The translations under genes and the position numbers were made by a program. This document shows positions 10,400 through 23,672 of a stretch of 33,397 nt of DNA, one piece after another. The DNA lies in NCBI GenBank assembly GCA_003990765.1, contig RBNJ01000312.1, positions 1 to 33,397 on the forward strand. Direction: 5' to 3'. The notes beneath the pieces are model-generated. The model saw only the letters and a program-made list of their open reading frames with translations, was not told the origin of the DNA and searched no databases. The DNA comes from Jimgerdemannia flammicorona. Taxonomy: Eukaryota. The number at the start of each line of letters is the position of its first letter. The first letter of the stretch is position 1.

Positions 10400-13300
10400 C
10401 TGCTCCAGACCCCTGCAGGACCCCCCACCCATCCCTCAACCCCACCACCAGCTATTCACAATATCCAATAGCAACCATTCCCACCAGGCCACCTTGTCCC
10501 CAACCCTGACCTGGCACCCTTCCTCAAATACATAAACCCAATGTCCAGCCAACCCAACCCACATAGCCAAAGCCCAACTAAGGGTCCACCATTTGTCCCC
10601 CACTCCCCCCACCAGTCACTGGCGGAGCTCTTCCCATCTCCCCCCTCCCTCTCCCTCCATGGCACCCAGCCCTACCCTGTCCATAATACATCTCCAAAAC
10701 TCCCCCAAAACCTCGCATTCACCAAGCCAATGTTCAGGTATTTGCACCACTCCTCCCTCCTGACCAACATTGAAACAATCCTCGCACTCGAATACTGCAC
10801 CATCTACCAAATGTCCAGACTGATAGTTCAACATCACATTCCACCATAGGACCCACCACCACACCACACAGAACTTGGGGGGCAGCCACTGCCACACCTG
10901 TTTGCTCCAAAGCCAGAGTCCATTCCAATCCCACTTCTCCCCAATTCCAACCCTCTGCCAGGCTTCTGGCCACAGGTCTCCACCTAGGCCTCGCAGACAC
11001 TCCAGGCCCTCACCAAGCTGAAAATCCTCCACTGGAACACCACTCAATAGAAGCCTGTCCCACCGACACATCCATGGTCCCCAATCCTCCTCAGCTTCAT
11101 CACCTTGCCACTGAAGTCCAATCTTCCTAGCACCATCCACCACCTCCCACCAAAAGCCCATATACCACATCCTCCTGCTCCCTTCCATAGCCACCATCGC
11201 AAGCAGGTCCCCAGAGCCACCACGTGGGGAGTACCGAACCTCCCACAACCTCTGCATGAGTGGCACCCATTCCTGCCCCCTGAGCTCACTCGCCCTTTGC
11301 AGCCACCAGGCTCTCAGACATAGAAGCCGCTTAGCAAAGTCCACTAGACCCAGCCCACCTCATTCCAAGGGCAGTGTGAGCACCTCCCAACCAACCTGGC
11401 TTCACTGCCCTCCCCAGATCTATGACCATACCATCTTCAGCAACTCCTTGACCACCCAGGCTGGGAAATCCAAATGATATCCAATATACCACAGCTTCGG
11501 CATCCAATACACATTCAACACCATCACCCTTCTAGTAAGGGACATATGCTGGCCTCCCCATCGCAGCAGAACATTATCCAACTCCAGAAGTTTATAGTCC
11601 CACCATGCCCAGGGAAGAAGAGATCCAAATACTGAGAAGTAGATCCCCAAGTAGCACACTGGTTCACCCACTGGCACAACCATCCCAATAACATCACCAC
11701 CAACAATTCCAGTGCCCAGCACCAGTATCTCGCATTTGTGCCAGTTAAGTTTAGCACCAGTACCCTGCTCATACAATTCCACAGTCCTCTGTAACTCTCT
11801 CACATCTCCCAAGGAGCCCAGCCTGACCACCATATCATCAGCAAAGGCCCCCACCTTCCAGTTTACCCCTAAAATGTCCAAACCCCCAATCTTCTGCTGA
11901 ATCCTGTCCAGTAGCAGCTCCAGAGAAAGAGTATACAATATGGGTGACAAGGGGTCCCCTTGTGGTACCCCATGGCCCAGGGGAAAGGTCACCCCGCTGT
12001 GGCCATTGATGACCAATGCTGCCTGACTGTTCTCCAAGAGACGGATTAATGATCTTCGGACCCCTGGGGGGATACCAATCTTCTTCAGCACTCCCTCCAG
12101 CCATATTCTCCACACTCTATCATAAGCCTTCTCTTGGTCCAGAAACACCAATCTACCATCCACCCCTATTGCCCGGGCACCTTCAATCACTCCATGAACC
12201 CAGGCTGTCCCATCTTGAATCAACCGACCACCAATAAACCCATGTTGCTCCACACCAAGTATCTGCTGAGCGATTCCTTACAACCTCATCACCAAGATTT
12301 TTGTCACCAATTTGCAGTCTATGTCAAGAAGCATAATTGGCCACCAGTTCTTCCAGTCCTCTCACCTACCCTTGTCCTTAAAGAGTAAGGAGACTAGCCC
12401 TAAACACTGTCCCCCAATCCTGGCACTAGACCAAAGAACTCCATCACACATAGCAGTTATTTCCTCTAGCACCTCACCCACCCCAGTCATCTTCTGCCAA
12501 AAATCCCAGGGCCATCCCCTTACTCATTGAGGCCACAACTCTGCAAATCTCCTTGCCACTCACTGGGTCCCCCAATGCCCCAAGTCCCATCGCAGGGTCT
12601 GGGTGCCAATCCCCCAGCTGTCTTTCAATGTCCAGGACATCCAATCCCCCATCCTCCTCACTCCAAAGATTCCTGCACCAGGTTCACAGTAGGCCCAGAA
12701 TCGCCAGAGTCTCTACCACCAGCTCACCATTCTCATCCAAAACTCCCTCCCACCACTGCCTCATTCGCCGTACTTGTAACAACCGTGACAAGAACCTGGT
12801 AGGCCTCTCCCCCTCCTCAAGCCCCTGCTACTGCAGGCGGGCCACCATTCCCTGCAACTGCTCCTCCTCCTCCCTGCGTAGCACCCCTTTGAGCTCCTCC
12901 ACCTCCAGCCAGATCCTCACAATATGCCAATCAGCCAGGGCCCCATCCTCCAGCATACCTGCCCATCTCTCTATGAGAGCTGCCAGACACCACGAGGCCC
13001 ACAGCACCTGCTGCCTTCACTGGGTACACTTTCCTTTCCCTGCTTCCCTCTAATACTCCAGAGCCTTCACCTTCAGCCTTCTCCAGTGGTCTCCAATCTC
13101 CAGTCCTTGTTCCTGCCACCTGCCGCTATTTCCAACCACCTCTGATTCCCATCCCTCCCACAACACCCTATCTTCCAACAAGGAAGAATTTAGTCGCCAA
13201 TGTCCAGGCCCATGCACATTTCCCCCAAACCTCCCCCCTCCAAATAGCTCCCAGTGATCAGACCACAGACACCATATGACTTCCAGCACCGACCAGACAT

Positions 13301-13942
13301 CTGCTCCTCAATACTCTGCTGTTAGAACCCAGTCAATTCTGGAGCCCAGTCTGGCCACCCAGTGGGTGTACATCTGCTGCTCAGCCCAAAAATGTCTTCC
13401 TGAGTCTACTAGTGAACACAACCTCTCCAACTCCAACCAGTCACCCACCCACCACTTTCACCCCACACACCTCTCCCTCCATCAGTTCTGTCCAACTCCT
13501 TATCCCATACTATGTTGAAGTCACCCCCCATACAGTCTAACTCAACTTCTCCCAACACACCAGCCTCTTTCAATCTGCGGATCCATTCCACCCTCTCCCC
13601 TCTCTCAGCTGGGCAGTAACAGGACCCAACTGTCAGCGAGCTCCATTCAGGCCTCTTCCACACTCCCCACACCACCTGAGACCCCCAATGTCCAATGTTC
13701 CCAATGTTCCCAATGTCCCCCATCCCTTTCTGAATGAGAATACACACTTTCCCCCTCCAAACTGCTGCACCCCCCCATTCCTTAGTCCAAACCTGTAAGT
13801 CCACATCTGCCTCATAATGAACATCCTGTAGTAAGAAGAGGTCTGCATCCAGTCTCTTAAGCTAACCAAATAAATACTTCCTCCTAGCCAACCCCTGTAG
13901 CCCATTAATGTTCAATGAAAAAATCCTAGTCGTACTATTCAT
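10400..13942 (-). pseudogene. LINE ORF2: APE endonuclease, reverse transcriptase and C-terminal zinc finger; stops and frameshifts; 3' end approximate
   Basis: ATG at 13942. APE motifs: SLNINGL, LLQDVH, GGDFNIV, WSDHW. RT motifs: QHGFIGGRLIQD, FLDQEKAYDRV, GVPQGDPLSPILY, AFADDM, YLGI. C-terminal ECEDC...EHWLGEC...FW. Confidence 0.92.
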
Positions 13943-13973
13943 ATTGAAGAAATGTTGTAATAGAGACCCCAAC

Positions 13974-15890
13974 CTATAATTCCATGCTCATCTCATCTCC
14001 CACCAAATCCAAGCACCGCTCAGCTTCTAAGTCACTCTCTGCATTATCCTGAGCATCCAGAGCCCCCAAGATTTCCTGACATTCCACCCTGTCCACTTCC
14101 TCCATATCCACCCAGAAGTCCAAGCAGATAGCATGTCATTTCTTCAGCCCCTTCCTCGAATTCCACAAGAAAATTGCTCTGTCACTCGCAATCCTCCTAA
14201 GTTCCTCCTCTCACTGATCATCAACTTGATATTCAACTGACTCCAGGAGGACCACCAGGATCTCATTCCTCATCTTCCTTGGTACCTCCTCCCCCTGTAG
14301 GATCTCCTCCCAATGCTTCTCCTCTGACACCCTGAAGTCCTCACCCCCCAGCTCTTCAGCTGCTACCCCTTCCAAGGTCTTCTACATCCACTTCTCCTCA
14401 TCCACTGCCTCCACCGCCCCCTGAGCGATTTGTCCTCCATCCACCTTGGGGTCCACCAGTGCGCTCCTTCTCACCGACTCATCCCACTTCTCATCTGACA
14501 CATCCATCAGCTCCTCCTCCCCCTCTGCCCCATCCAGAACACTATACTGAGGGTGCACACCCTCACCCATTTCGGCATCTGCCTCCAAATTGCCCTCCCT
14601 CCTCTCCTCAACTCCAATCGGAAACCCACCCTGGGCCATCTCTCCCCCCTCAGCCCAGGCGCTCTCCCACAACTCTGCAACTCTCTCTTCTGAGCTTCCA
14701 CCCACCCTATCCCCACCCAACTTCGCCAATAGCTCCTTCTGGATCCTCCTCCCCTGCATCTTCTCCTAGGCCCCCTTCTCCATCTGGACCTTCTTCCCAT
14801 CCACCTCCCCCACCACTGTCCTGGCCTCAAACTCCTTCCAGGCCAATCTCCTCCTCGCCACTGCCCCTTCCAGGTTCTCCAGAGCCTCTAACAGGTCCTC
14901 TTCCTCCTCCTGAGTCCTCTTCACCCTGGTGACCTTACACTCCACTGGTCCCCACCGCAGCACTGCTGGTCAGTCCCTCGACTTCCCCATATTCTCCTTT
15001 CCAGCCAGCCTCACCCTGACATCGACATCGCCAGTTCTAAGCTCTGTTCCCTCTCAGACCTTGAACCCAACATCCACAATCTCGCCATACTCCTTGACCA
15101 CCTCTACCACCAACTCCCTCGTCCTTTCCTTTGACACAGTCGGGAGGTCCAATTCTGTCAACTACACCACTCGGGGGTCCCAGCGCATGCACTGGGCCAT
15201 AGGGACCACAACCCCGCCAACCATCACCCCCTTCTCCATGGCTGCCAACAAGGCATCTTCCTTCTCAAACCCCACCTCGACCCCTTCCTTTCCCCTCAAG
15301 AACTTCACTGATGCTGCTCCCTTAGCCTCCTGTACCACAAGCCCCAAAATCATTCTTGCCATCACTGCCAAGCCCCAGAAGCACATTGTGACCATGAATT
15401 CTGACCTCGACTTCTTGAGTAATGGGGCCGACACCATACCCGTCACCCCATCAGTCAGGTCCCCGGGCCTCATGCCCACTCCCAGTCCTGAATTGCCAGT
15501 CACCGTCACATCTGGATTTTTTGCCAGATCCCCAGTCACAGCTCTATCAACAGTTACATCTCCAGTCTCTACTCCCACTCCTCCCCTACCACCTGAGACT
15601 CCCCTGGGTACACCTCCCTGTCCCCCAGCAGCCGCTGTCGATGCCATCCCCAGGCCCAGCCAACCATCAAGGCCTGCAGCCATCTTCCCCATCCTGACCT
15701 TGTCAGCAAAGGTCGACCTCTCCCCTCCTCTCTGTCTTAGCCCGCCCCTCCCTCCACCCCCAGAGCCTTGGCTAGCCATCGAGGCCCCCGGCATTCCCAA
15801 ACCATCTCCCCTCCTCTCCACCTGCTGCCAGCCAAAGGCGCCGTCACCCCTCTGGCTAGTACGCTCACTAGTTCGATCATTGCCATCCAT
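13974..15890 (-). pseudogene. LINE ORF1 (nucleic-acid chaperone-like, ~638 codons) with several in-frame stops
   Basis: ORF-track pieces 15162-15890, 14766-14963 and 14382-14759 share one frame that ends at TAG 13974-13976, ~30 nt before the ORF2 ATG. Gly-rich N-terminus, possibly RRM-like middle (YGEIVDVGF), acidic C-terminus. Confidence 0.75.
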
Positions 15891-16894
15891 GTTGATAGTT
15901 GCTAGACATCAAAAACATAGTAAAAAGTGTTGTCTGAGTCTTGTGTCACCCTAATGTTACTGGTGAAAGGTGATGGTTCTCTTAGATAGTAGGTAAAGTT
16001 CTCTCTAGTATTGAGACAATCACAAAGTCCTTTCTAAGCAGAGGGTAAATATAACAAAAGTATCTGCCCAGGTATTTGAGATAATTACAAAGCCCTTCAA
16101 AGTGTTTGAGTTAATTAAAAAGTCCTCTCAAATAGTTGAGACAATTATAACAATAAGGATGTCAGCTAATGAGGCCAATAAATATAATATATATGAGATC
16201 AGTATGAGATCAATATAATGAATCTGAACCTAAGATCCAAAGATCAAAAAGACTAACAAGATAAGTAATATGACTAGCAATGAGTCAAACTAGCCAATGA
16301 GACCATAGAAAAGATATAAATAAGATAATAAAGTCAAAAATCATAGATGAGATAAATCTCAAATAAGATCACAAGTATAGATAATAATAATAATATGGAT
16401 AAACTCAAGCCTAGTATAGAATATATAATTAATCATTTATAACTATAATTATTGTAAAATATATAGATACTATGAGAGTGAACTACTAATACACTACCAA
16501 CAAAGTAAGTACTATCAATAATATCAGTAGTATGAGTATTACTAATATTAGCAGAATAATACTTACTAACAATATTTATAGTATTAGATTAAGTAAGAGT
16601 AATAGTATCTATAATAGTAACTTTTTTTTTTTTTGGCTCTTATAATGCCAACCTATCTACAATAGATAAAATGTTTGAAGTAAGATACTTTTCTGGCTTT
16701 TAAAAGCTTCTTGTTTGATATATATATTTAAATTCATTGTATATATATATATTGTATTTTTTTTGGAGTATTTTAAACATTTTAGGATACTTTTTGACCT
16801 GTAAAAATTCCTTAGATATAGGATTTTATAATAGTAATTCAGGTTACATACAGTTCTAGTTTATATATATATTGCTTTTTACTCTAGTTTGTAT

Positions 16895-16896
<2 letters not shown>

Positions 16897-16976
<80 letters not shown>
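16897..16976. repeat. 80-nt poly(T) homopolymer
   Basis: Uninterrupted T run. Its length could partly be an assembly artefact. Confidence 0.9.
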
Positions 16977-16979
<3 letters not shown>

Positions 16980-17039
16980 TATTATTGATATTCTTTTTTT
17001 TTGTTTTTGGTATATATATCTCCTTGAGAAGAAGTATTG

Positions 17040-17178
17040 GGATAGCAACTCAATATGTAGGTATATGACTTTATACTATATATCATTTATTCATTTTATA
17101 TTATTCATCAGTAATGTGTAAAATATATAATATATATATTATCAAAAATTGCTTCTTCTGTTTATCATAATATCTACT
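17040..17178 (+). repeat. ~140-bp dispersed direct repeat (pairs with 9704-9848)
   Basis: See 9704-9848. Confidence 0.75.
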
Positions 17179-18267
17179 TTAGTTCTATAGCTAATATTCC
17201 AACTCTTGTTATCTTATAGCATGAGTTATATATATATGGAATTTCAGGTAGAATTTTAGATAATCTGGGCTATGTATATGTTAGTAGATTATTCATCAGC
17301 AAATTCATTTTGCCTTAATAGATTCCAGTATAATATAAAAGATCTCTGGCAATAACTGTCTCTCACTTTATTGGAATAAGTAGTAAATGAACTAGCTTTT
17401 TGCAGTAAGCAAGTACAGCTATTAGTAGATAATAATGAGTAATGACAATGATGTAGAGAGCAGCAAAAGACAGTCTAGCTATCTATTCTGAGATTCCTCT
17501 TCCTGCCATCCATTTTCATCATCTAGACTATAATTATCCTATAGCTCTTTATTATCTGATCTATTACTAATTAATTTCAATCTGGAGGTATTGTATTATA
17601 TAATTTGAATAGAATAATTGATAATTTCAATACAGAATATATTTTGAATCTTTTGACCAAAGAGATGCTTTATACAAGGAGTAACTTTTCTATAAATTTA
17701 TGTTTCTCCTCAATTTTTCAAACCTCAGACAAAAGTCCCATCTGTATCATTAAGAGTATTAAAACAATCCATTATAGTTTCCTTTAAAGATTTATAACCA
17801 AACTCAGAATCAACAATAGATTATATAAGAGTATATACTATTCTTGGTGGTTCTAATTCATATCTGACCAAAAAAAATACAACTGTTCTGAGTAAAACTA
17901 AATTAAAAGAAAAGAAAAGTAAAGAATAAATAATTAAATATATTTATAAACCAAACTTTTGATAATTTTAATAAATGATTTTTATAAATATAACAGCTGA
18001 TATTTATCACATATATCTTGGGAAACACTAGTATATCATATACTAATAAAATAATATTAATGTTGTTAAATTCAAAAATCTCAAAAAGGGCTTTTAAAAA
18101 CTATTAATAGAGTAAAACATATTAAATTATAATACTAATACTAATAATAATAATAATAATATAATTTATATACATTTTGCATTATAAAAGACTAGGTATT
18201 TCTATTTAAATTATATTCAAACTAAAGATTGTCTTTATCATTAGTGTGAGTCTTTATAATCAACTAC

Positions 18268-18835
18268 GAGTAATCCTAATGAGTCAATTTAATCTGGATG
18301 GGATTCAAATTGATTCAGATTGCATCCCATCCAGATCAACTTGGATGGGATTCAAATCCCATCTAGATGGATTTGAATCAACAATTGTTTTGATTTCCAA
18401 ATTAGACAATTAAATGTTTACATCAATAACTTAATGAATAATCATCCAAATTTAATAATCTTGGTGTCATTTGAAAGCTCTAAATAAGGCATATCTAATG
18501 ATATCAAGAATATTGAAATCAGATAATGCATTGCTGAGTTATGGAGGAAAATGTCTTGATCACCAATTTTGGAAATTTCATCAAATGAAATGGTTTCCTT
18601 AATATCTTAGCTATGTGTAATTCAATTTTAATATTCTTAGTATCATTAGAAAGGCCTTATTAAGGGCATTCAAATGATATTAATATTATTAAATGTGGAT
18701 GATTATTCATTGAGTTATTGATGTCAACATTTAATTATCCAATTTGGAAATCAAAACAATTATTGATTTGAATCCATCTGGATGAGATTTGAATCCCATC
18801 TGAATCACATCCGGATTAACTCATTTAGAGCACTA
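18268..18835. mobile_element. hAT-like foldback MITE (568 bp)
   Basis: 8-bp TSD tcaactac (18260-18267 and 18836-18843). Imperfect terminal inverted repeats gagtaatcctaatgagt / rc tagtgctctaaatgagt. ~210-bp inverted arms (about 18343-18550 and 18595-18800). Subterminal ggatgggattcaaat repeats. Confidence 0.8.
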
Positions 18836-19440
18836 TCAACTACTTTTAGAATTCTGAACATCATCTATTGATAATTAAAAATATATTTATAACTTTCTGA
18901 TCATTAATATTCTTAGCATACATATTTGCAAAGAGATCTTCATCTTGAAATATATATTAAATGATTATAATCTGACCATATCTATATCTTACAAATACTA
19001 CTCATCTAGTCTCTTTAATATTACTCTAAGCTATCTCTTTAAATTTGAGAGTTTAAATATTAAGATAGATTTCTAAATAGAGTTTTTAAAAATTGAAATA
19101 TAATTAATAAAGATATTATAATAATAATTAAAAATAATATAATATAATTCTAACTGATATACTACTTATATTGGAGAGATCAAAGAATTTTCTATTATAT
19201 CAGAAGCATAATAGTGGTCTGATATTATTGATATATCTAATAGAGATCACATTCTGATACTGAGCAATATTATATTCTTTATAGATATCTATCAGTATCA
19301 CATTTGTAATAAGTTGAAAAAGAGTAACTTTTAATTATAGTACTAGATATTGTTTAAATATATATATAAATAGACTTTTCAGTAAATAAAATAGAAAAAA
19401 TTGAAATAGTTGAAATTGTCAGATTTAATGTAAATAAAAA

Positions 19441-20030
19441 CTATCATCAAGACTGATAGGTAGATATAATAAAAATCCTATATAAATATAAGAAAGAAAG
19501 AGAGAGGAGGAATATTATTATTGAAATATGATGAAAATAGAATACACATAAATAAAAGATAAAAGAAGAGATCCCATCATTGAGACTGATAGCTAGATAC
19601 ATATAATAGAAATCCTGTATAAATGAAAGAAGGAGAGAGAAAGAAGGTAAACTATCATAGATAAACAATGTAATATCTATAAATAAAGGAAGAAGAGAGG
19701 GATTCTATCATCAAGGCTAATAGTCACACACAATAGATAACCTATAAATAAATGAAGGAGAAAGAGATTCTATTATTAAGACTGATAGTCAGATATAATG
19801 AAAATCTCATATAAATGAAAGAAGAGAGAGAGGAGGAGAGATACTATCATAAAGACACAATAGAATACCTATAAATAAAGAAAGATGAGAGAGATCCCAG
19901 CATCAAGACTGATAGCCAGATACAATGTAATATCTATAAATTACAAAGAAAGAGAGAAAGTAGATAACCATTATTGAAATCAATAACTAGATATAATGGA
20001 ATACCATAAATGAAAAATAGGGATAAGAGG
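19441..20030. repeat. Degenerate tandem array of roughly 55-65-bp units, about 10 copies
   Basis: Recurring atcccatcatcaagactgatagccagatacaatg..acctataaatgaaggaagrgagag. Alternate units are shortened. Confidence 0.7.
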
Positions 20031-20559
20031 GTAAACAGTAGAAGAAAGAGATGTAATGGAAGTTTAGAGAAAACAGAAAGGATTAGTGAGAGGGGTAAAG
20101 TCCAAGCCAAGATCAAAGAAACAAAAGAGAGGTAAGATATAAGGAAGGCAAGAGATAAGGACAGATAAAGAATAGAGCAGAAATTGTATCTATTGTTTAA
20201 TGCTATATAAAAGAATAGTCCTTATATATAAATACAAAGTTCTAAAAAGGAATAACATACAACAATATAGAGATAACTGGATTAAGAACCTCATATTATA
20301 TGAAGATAAGAGGGGAGCCAAACCCACAGTAAGCAGAAAAATCAAAAATAAAATAAATCCGAATTGAGATTAAAAAACATCTGTAGACTCTGAGAGTGTG
20401 AGTGTGTGTGAGAAGTGAGGTCAGGCAGAGTGGGCTGCAGCAATCCTGAGGTAAAGTCAAGAGGCCATTGGCAGAGGAGGAGAGCAGAGTGAAGACTAAG
20501 ACCCCAGAGTGAGAGCAAGACCCCGAAGGAGGTCAGAATTTTTTTCAATCTTCTTTAGC

Positions 20560-23500
20560 AGAGCTAGAGATATCCAAAGATAATAAAAATACAATAGATA
20601 AGTGAAGAAACAGAAGAAAGGTGTAAATAAGCAATAAGAGAATACTGAAGAAGAGATGACAGTCTATTGCATAAAAGAGTAGAGCACAGGATACTCCTTT
20701 CTCTGTTACTGGTTACAAGGTTTGATAGATAATCTTCTAAGTTCCCTTTCTCCTATTATTACCTCCTCTATCTTGGTTTAGTTTGCTGTGCCTATATGGA
20801 TATAGTAGTTAGAAGACAATAGTGAAGAGTTGCCCTTTTATAGATCTCAGATCAGAGTTTTCTCTACTTTTTTGTAGTTTCTGATTCCTTTGACTATATC
20901 TAGAGTATATCTGTTTTAGTGTAGTGCCTTCTTCCTTTTGCTGTTATCAACAAGATATTGTCTGATATATCATAGACAATATATGAAGTCAGCCAACCTT
21001 AAGTATCAAGTGTCAGTAAGGTTACCTGCAGATCTCCAGTATCTGTAGTAGGGCCCTCCAAGCTTTGGCAAGCTTCTCAGTAACCATAGTTCTGGCATAG
21101 GTGACTGCTTTTTGGATAGAGTCAGAATGAAAGAGGAGATGGCCATTATAAATAAGTAGAAAGGCAATAGTAGTGTACCAGTAGGGTGCTAGGCTGAGAC
21201 AGTCATTGGGGCTGGAGTGGGTGCTATATCAGTGGGGCCTTCTAATTGGTGCAGAGTGGTTAGATAGTAGATGTCACTTTCTGCTTCTTTTGGCAATTCA
21301 TGGGATTGGGCTCTGGTTATTGAGAGAGATTGGGGGGCTCAAGGCTACCTCTATTAGGTATCTTGGCTGCACTCAACTTAAACTGAGAGCTGATATAGTA
21401 ATATGTATAATTGAGGTCTGCAGACTTGAGTAGTGGAGTATTGGGGGTCTCTTTCTGCCTCATGTATAAGTCCTTTACTCATCTCATCTGAGAGAACCAG
21501 GCTCTGCCTACTATGCTGCACTTTGATAGTAGTTTTCCTTTGCCTGTCATTTCCCTTAGGATGGCAGGGCTATTATATTTAGCTTGGGCATAGCCTTATA
21601 CATACATTGGGGTTTCAGACATATGCCTTTAGTCATAGACATATAGTTGTTTGCCCCCCTAGTAGTAGAGAGAATATGGTGCACAGAATGAGATGTGAGT
21701 AACTTTGCCTGATATGGTTAAGCTGCTGGACAATAGCTAGTTTAGATTAATTGGGGTACTATACTCAGAGAGTGGTAGGAGAGAGTTTTAGCCTATATAG
21801 TCTAGATAAAATTTGCAAGAATTTGAGTCTATTAAAATAAAAAAAAATAAAAAAAAAGAGAAGAGTACAGGACTACATCAGGGAATTGCATGGTTTAGTA
21901 AGCTTGATCAAATAGTATAATGAGAATTAGTAGAGAGAAAGAAGAGAGGATAAGAAGTAGGTAAGAGGAGAGGAAGGGAAGAGAGGGAGGGTAAGAGAGA
22001 GAGAGAAAGAAAGAGTGAACAATAGATCTTCAATAGAGGCAAAGATGTCATAAATAATAGAAATGGAGTAAGCATAGTGATGAACTATAAAGTCACTGAG
22101 AATCTGGACAGCAGGCACCTTGTCAGGCTAATGAGAGTAGCATAAAGCAAGATAATAAACCTCAACATAAACATACTCTTAAAGAGTACATTAAGGATGA
22201 TTGGAACAATAGTCAAAGAACTATTAAAAATATAGGAAATTAGAATAAACAATACTTCAAAAAAGGAGAAAGAGAAATAAAAAGGTCCAAAAAGATTATA
22301 CCAGTCATACTGAGCATCTATGTAATATAATAATGTGGAGGATAGATACTATAAAATATACTAGAAATATTAATACCAGCAATAATAAGAATAATAAAGT
22401 CATCAATATATTAGTGAAATAAGATATCTTAAGCCCAGAATACAACAGCAAGAGGTGAAGAAGGATTATATAGCACATGAAGTTCATGGGCCAGGCCAAC
22501 AAGATTGACAAGAGTGAGGGCATAATTTATTCCCATTGTAATGCCAGAAAGCTAGTAAAAGGAGCCAAGAACTGACTCAAAAAAATTAGAGTTGCAGACA
22601 AGGAGCATAAGCTCATTGATAGAAGTCAATAAAACTGAAGAGTCTAAAGAGAAGACATTTCAAGAAACAAATAAAATCATCAATCTTATTAAAATGAATA
22701 GCAGTGTAGAAGAAGAAATCACCAAAGACTAAATGGATAAAACAGTGAACAGATACAATAGTAGAACAGGGAAGTGTGAGCTCCTGAATATTATGAAGAA
22801 AAGTATACTTAGGCCCAGGATAGTGCCAAAGAAGAGCGTTTATAAGAGGAAGAAATAGAGTAACCATTTGGAAACCCCAGTGATAGATAAGCAAAAAGTA
22901 GATGTAATGGAATACAAGTTAAAGTAGGCTTATGAATATTAGAAAGGATATAAAAAACTAGGAGATGAATGTCTGACAAAGACAAGGAGTCCTGGAAGAA
23001 GTGAAAAATAAGAGATACAAATAGATAATTTGAAAGTAAGTATACAAGTCAAATTAACCCAGAAAAGAGACAGTATCTCATCTAATCTAAGAGTACATAG
23101 CTTATAAGCCATAGTATAGAGGAGAGCAGTAAGGCCACTAAGGTAAAGTAATTAAGGAAAGGGAGCAAAACCTTAATTCTTATTAGTAACTACAAGTATA
23201 TAAGTACAAAGGCAATTACTTGACTGATTTAATTGTGGGATATATAGTATGGCCTGAAATTAAGCAAAAGTGAGCATAACTTAGAAGGGTCAGTGAGCAA
23301 GCCATGTCTTAGAATATGCATTTTGAAGAGACATTGAGAGGGAGGACCCATTTACTAGAAGCATAATAGTGAGAGAGTAACTCAGCATAACCTTTAAACC
23401 AGATGACAAGAACAAGGGTATGATGAAAGTACTTGAGATAAACTAGGTCAACAAAGAAGAATTGGGAACAAGTTGCCAGAAAGATAAAGTTAGGGCCCAA

Positions 23501-23672
23501 AGAGAGTGGAAAAGTTTGAAAGAGAGTAGGAGAGCAGTCAGCCCAAGAAATAAAAGGAGACAAAAGAACCTTGAAAGAAGAATAAATCTGAAAATTTGAG
23601 TTAAGCAACTAAAAAAGTGAAAGGGGAGACAATATGAGAAATCACTCAAGCTATATCAGAAGTGACAATGAG
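20560..23672 (-). pseudogene. Penelope-type reverse transcriptase, degenerate and interrupted by the 20691-21853 insertion
   Basis: Motifs in order, with consensus in brackets: VVTNKN*GFA [DKNxG] 23164-23193; YILSNIHKPTLTC [YxLPKIHK..RP] ~22915-22952; GDFFFYTAI [motif A] 22697-22723; FY*LSGITMGINYALTLVNL [motif B, QxxGxAMGTxxAPxxANL] ~22501-22560; *YIDDF [RYIDD] 22396-22413; FLDL 22282-22293; YCSNHP 22194-22211. Most deviations are C>T/G>A. Confidence 0.82.
20691..21853 (+). mobile_element. ~1.17-kb non-autonomous poly(A) retroelement, copy 1
   Basis: Ends in poly(A). TSD aaaagagtagagcacagg (20673-20690) / aaaagagaagagtacagg (21854-21871). Collinear along its whole length with 23673-24862. 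Confidence 0.8.

Larger units (their letters stand above)
10214..15975 (-). mobile_element. Full-length L1/Tx1-clade non-LTR retrotransposon, inactivated
   Basis: Poly(T) at ~10213-10226 is the poly(A) tail. Perfect TSD gttctcttagatagt at 10199-10213 and 15976-15990. Two ORFs on the minus strand. Confidence 0.93.

Noticed and set aside
14459..15954. Plus-strand Pro/Ser/Thr-rich ORFs of 157 and 341 aa
   Set aside because: Antisense shadows of the G-rich LINE ORF1.
17180..17880. Possible DDE transposase remnant (DGTF on the minus strand near 17730)
   Set aside because: A single short motif with no supporting downstream motifs.
19441..20030. Tandem hammerhead ribozymes (ctgatag units)
   Set aside because: The core reads CTGATAG rather than CTGANGA, and no consistent stem II/GAAA was found.
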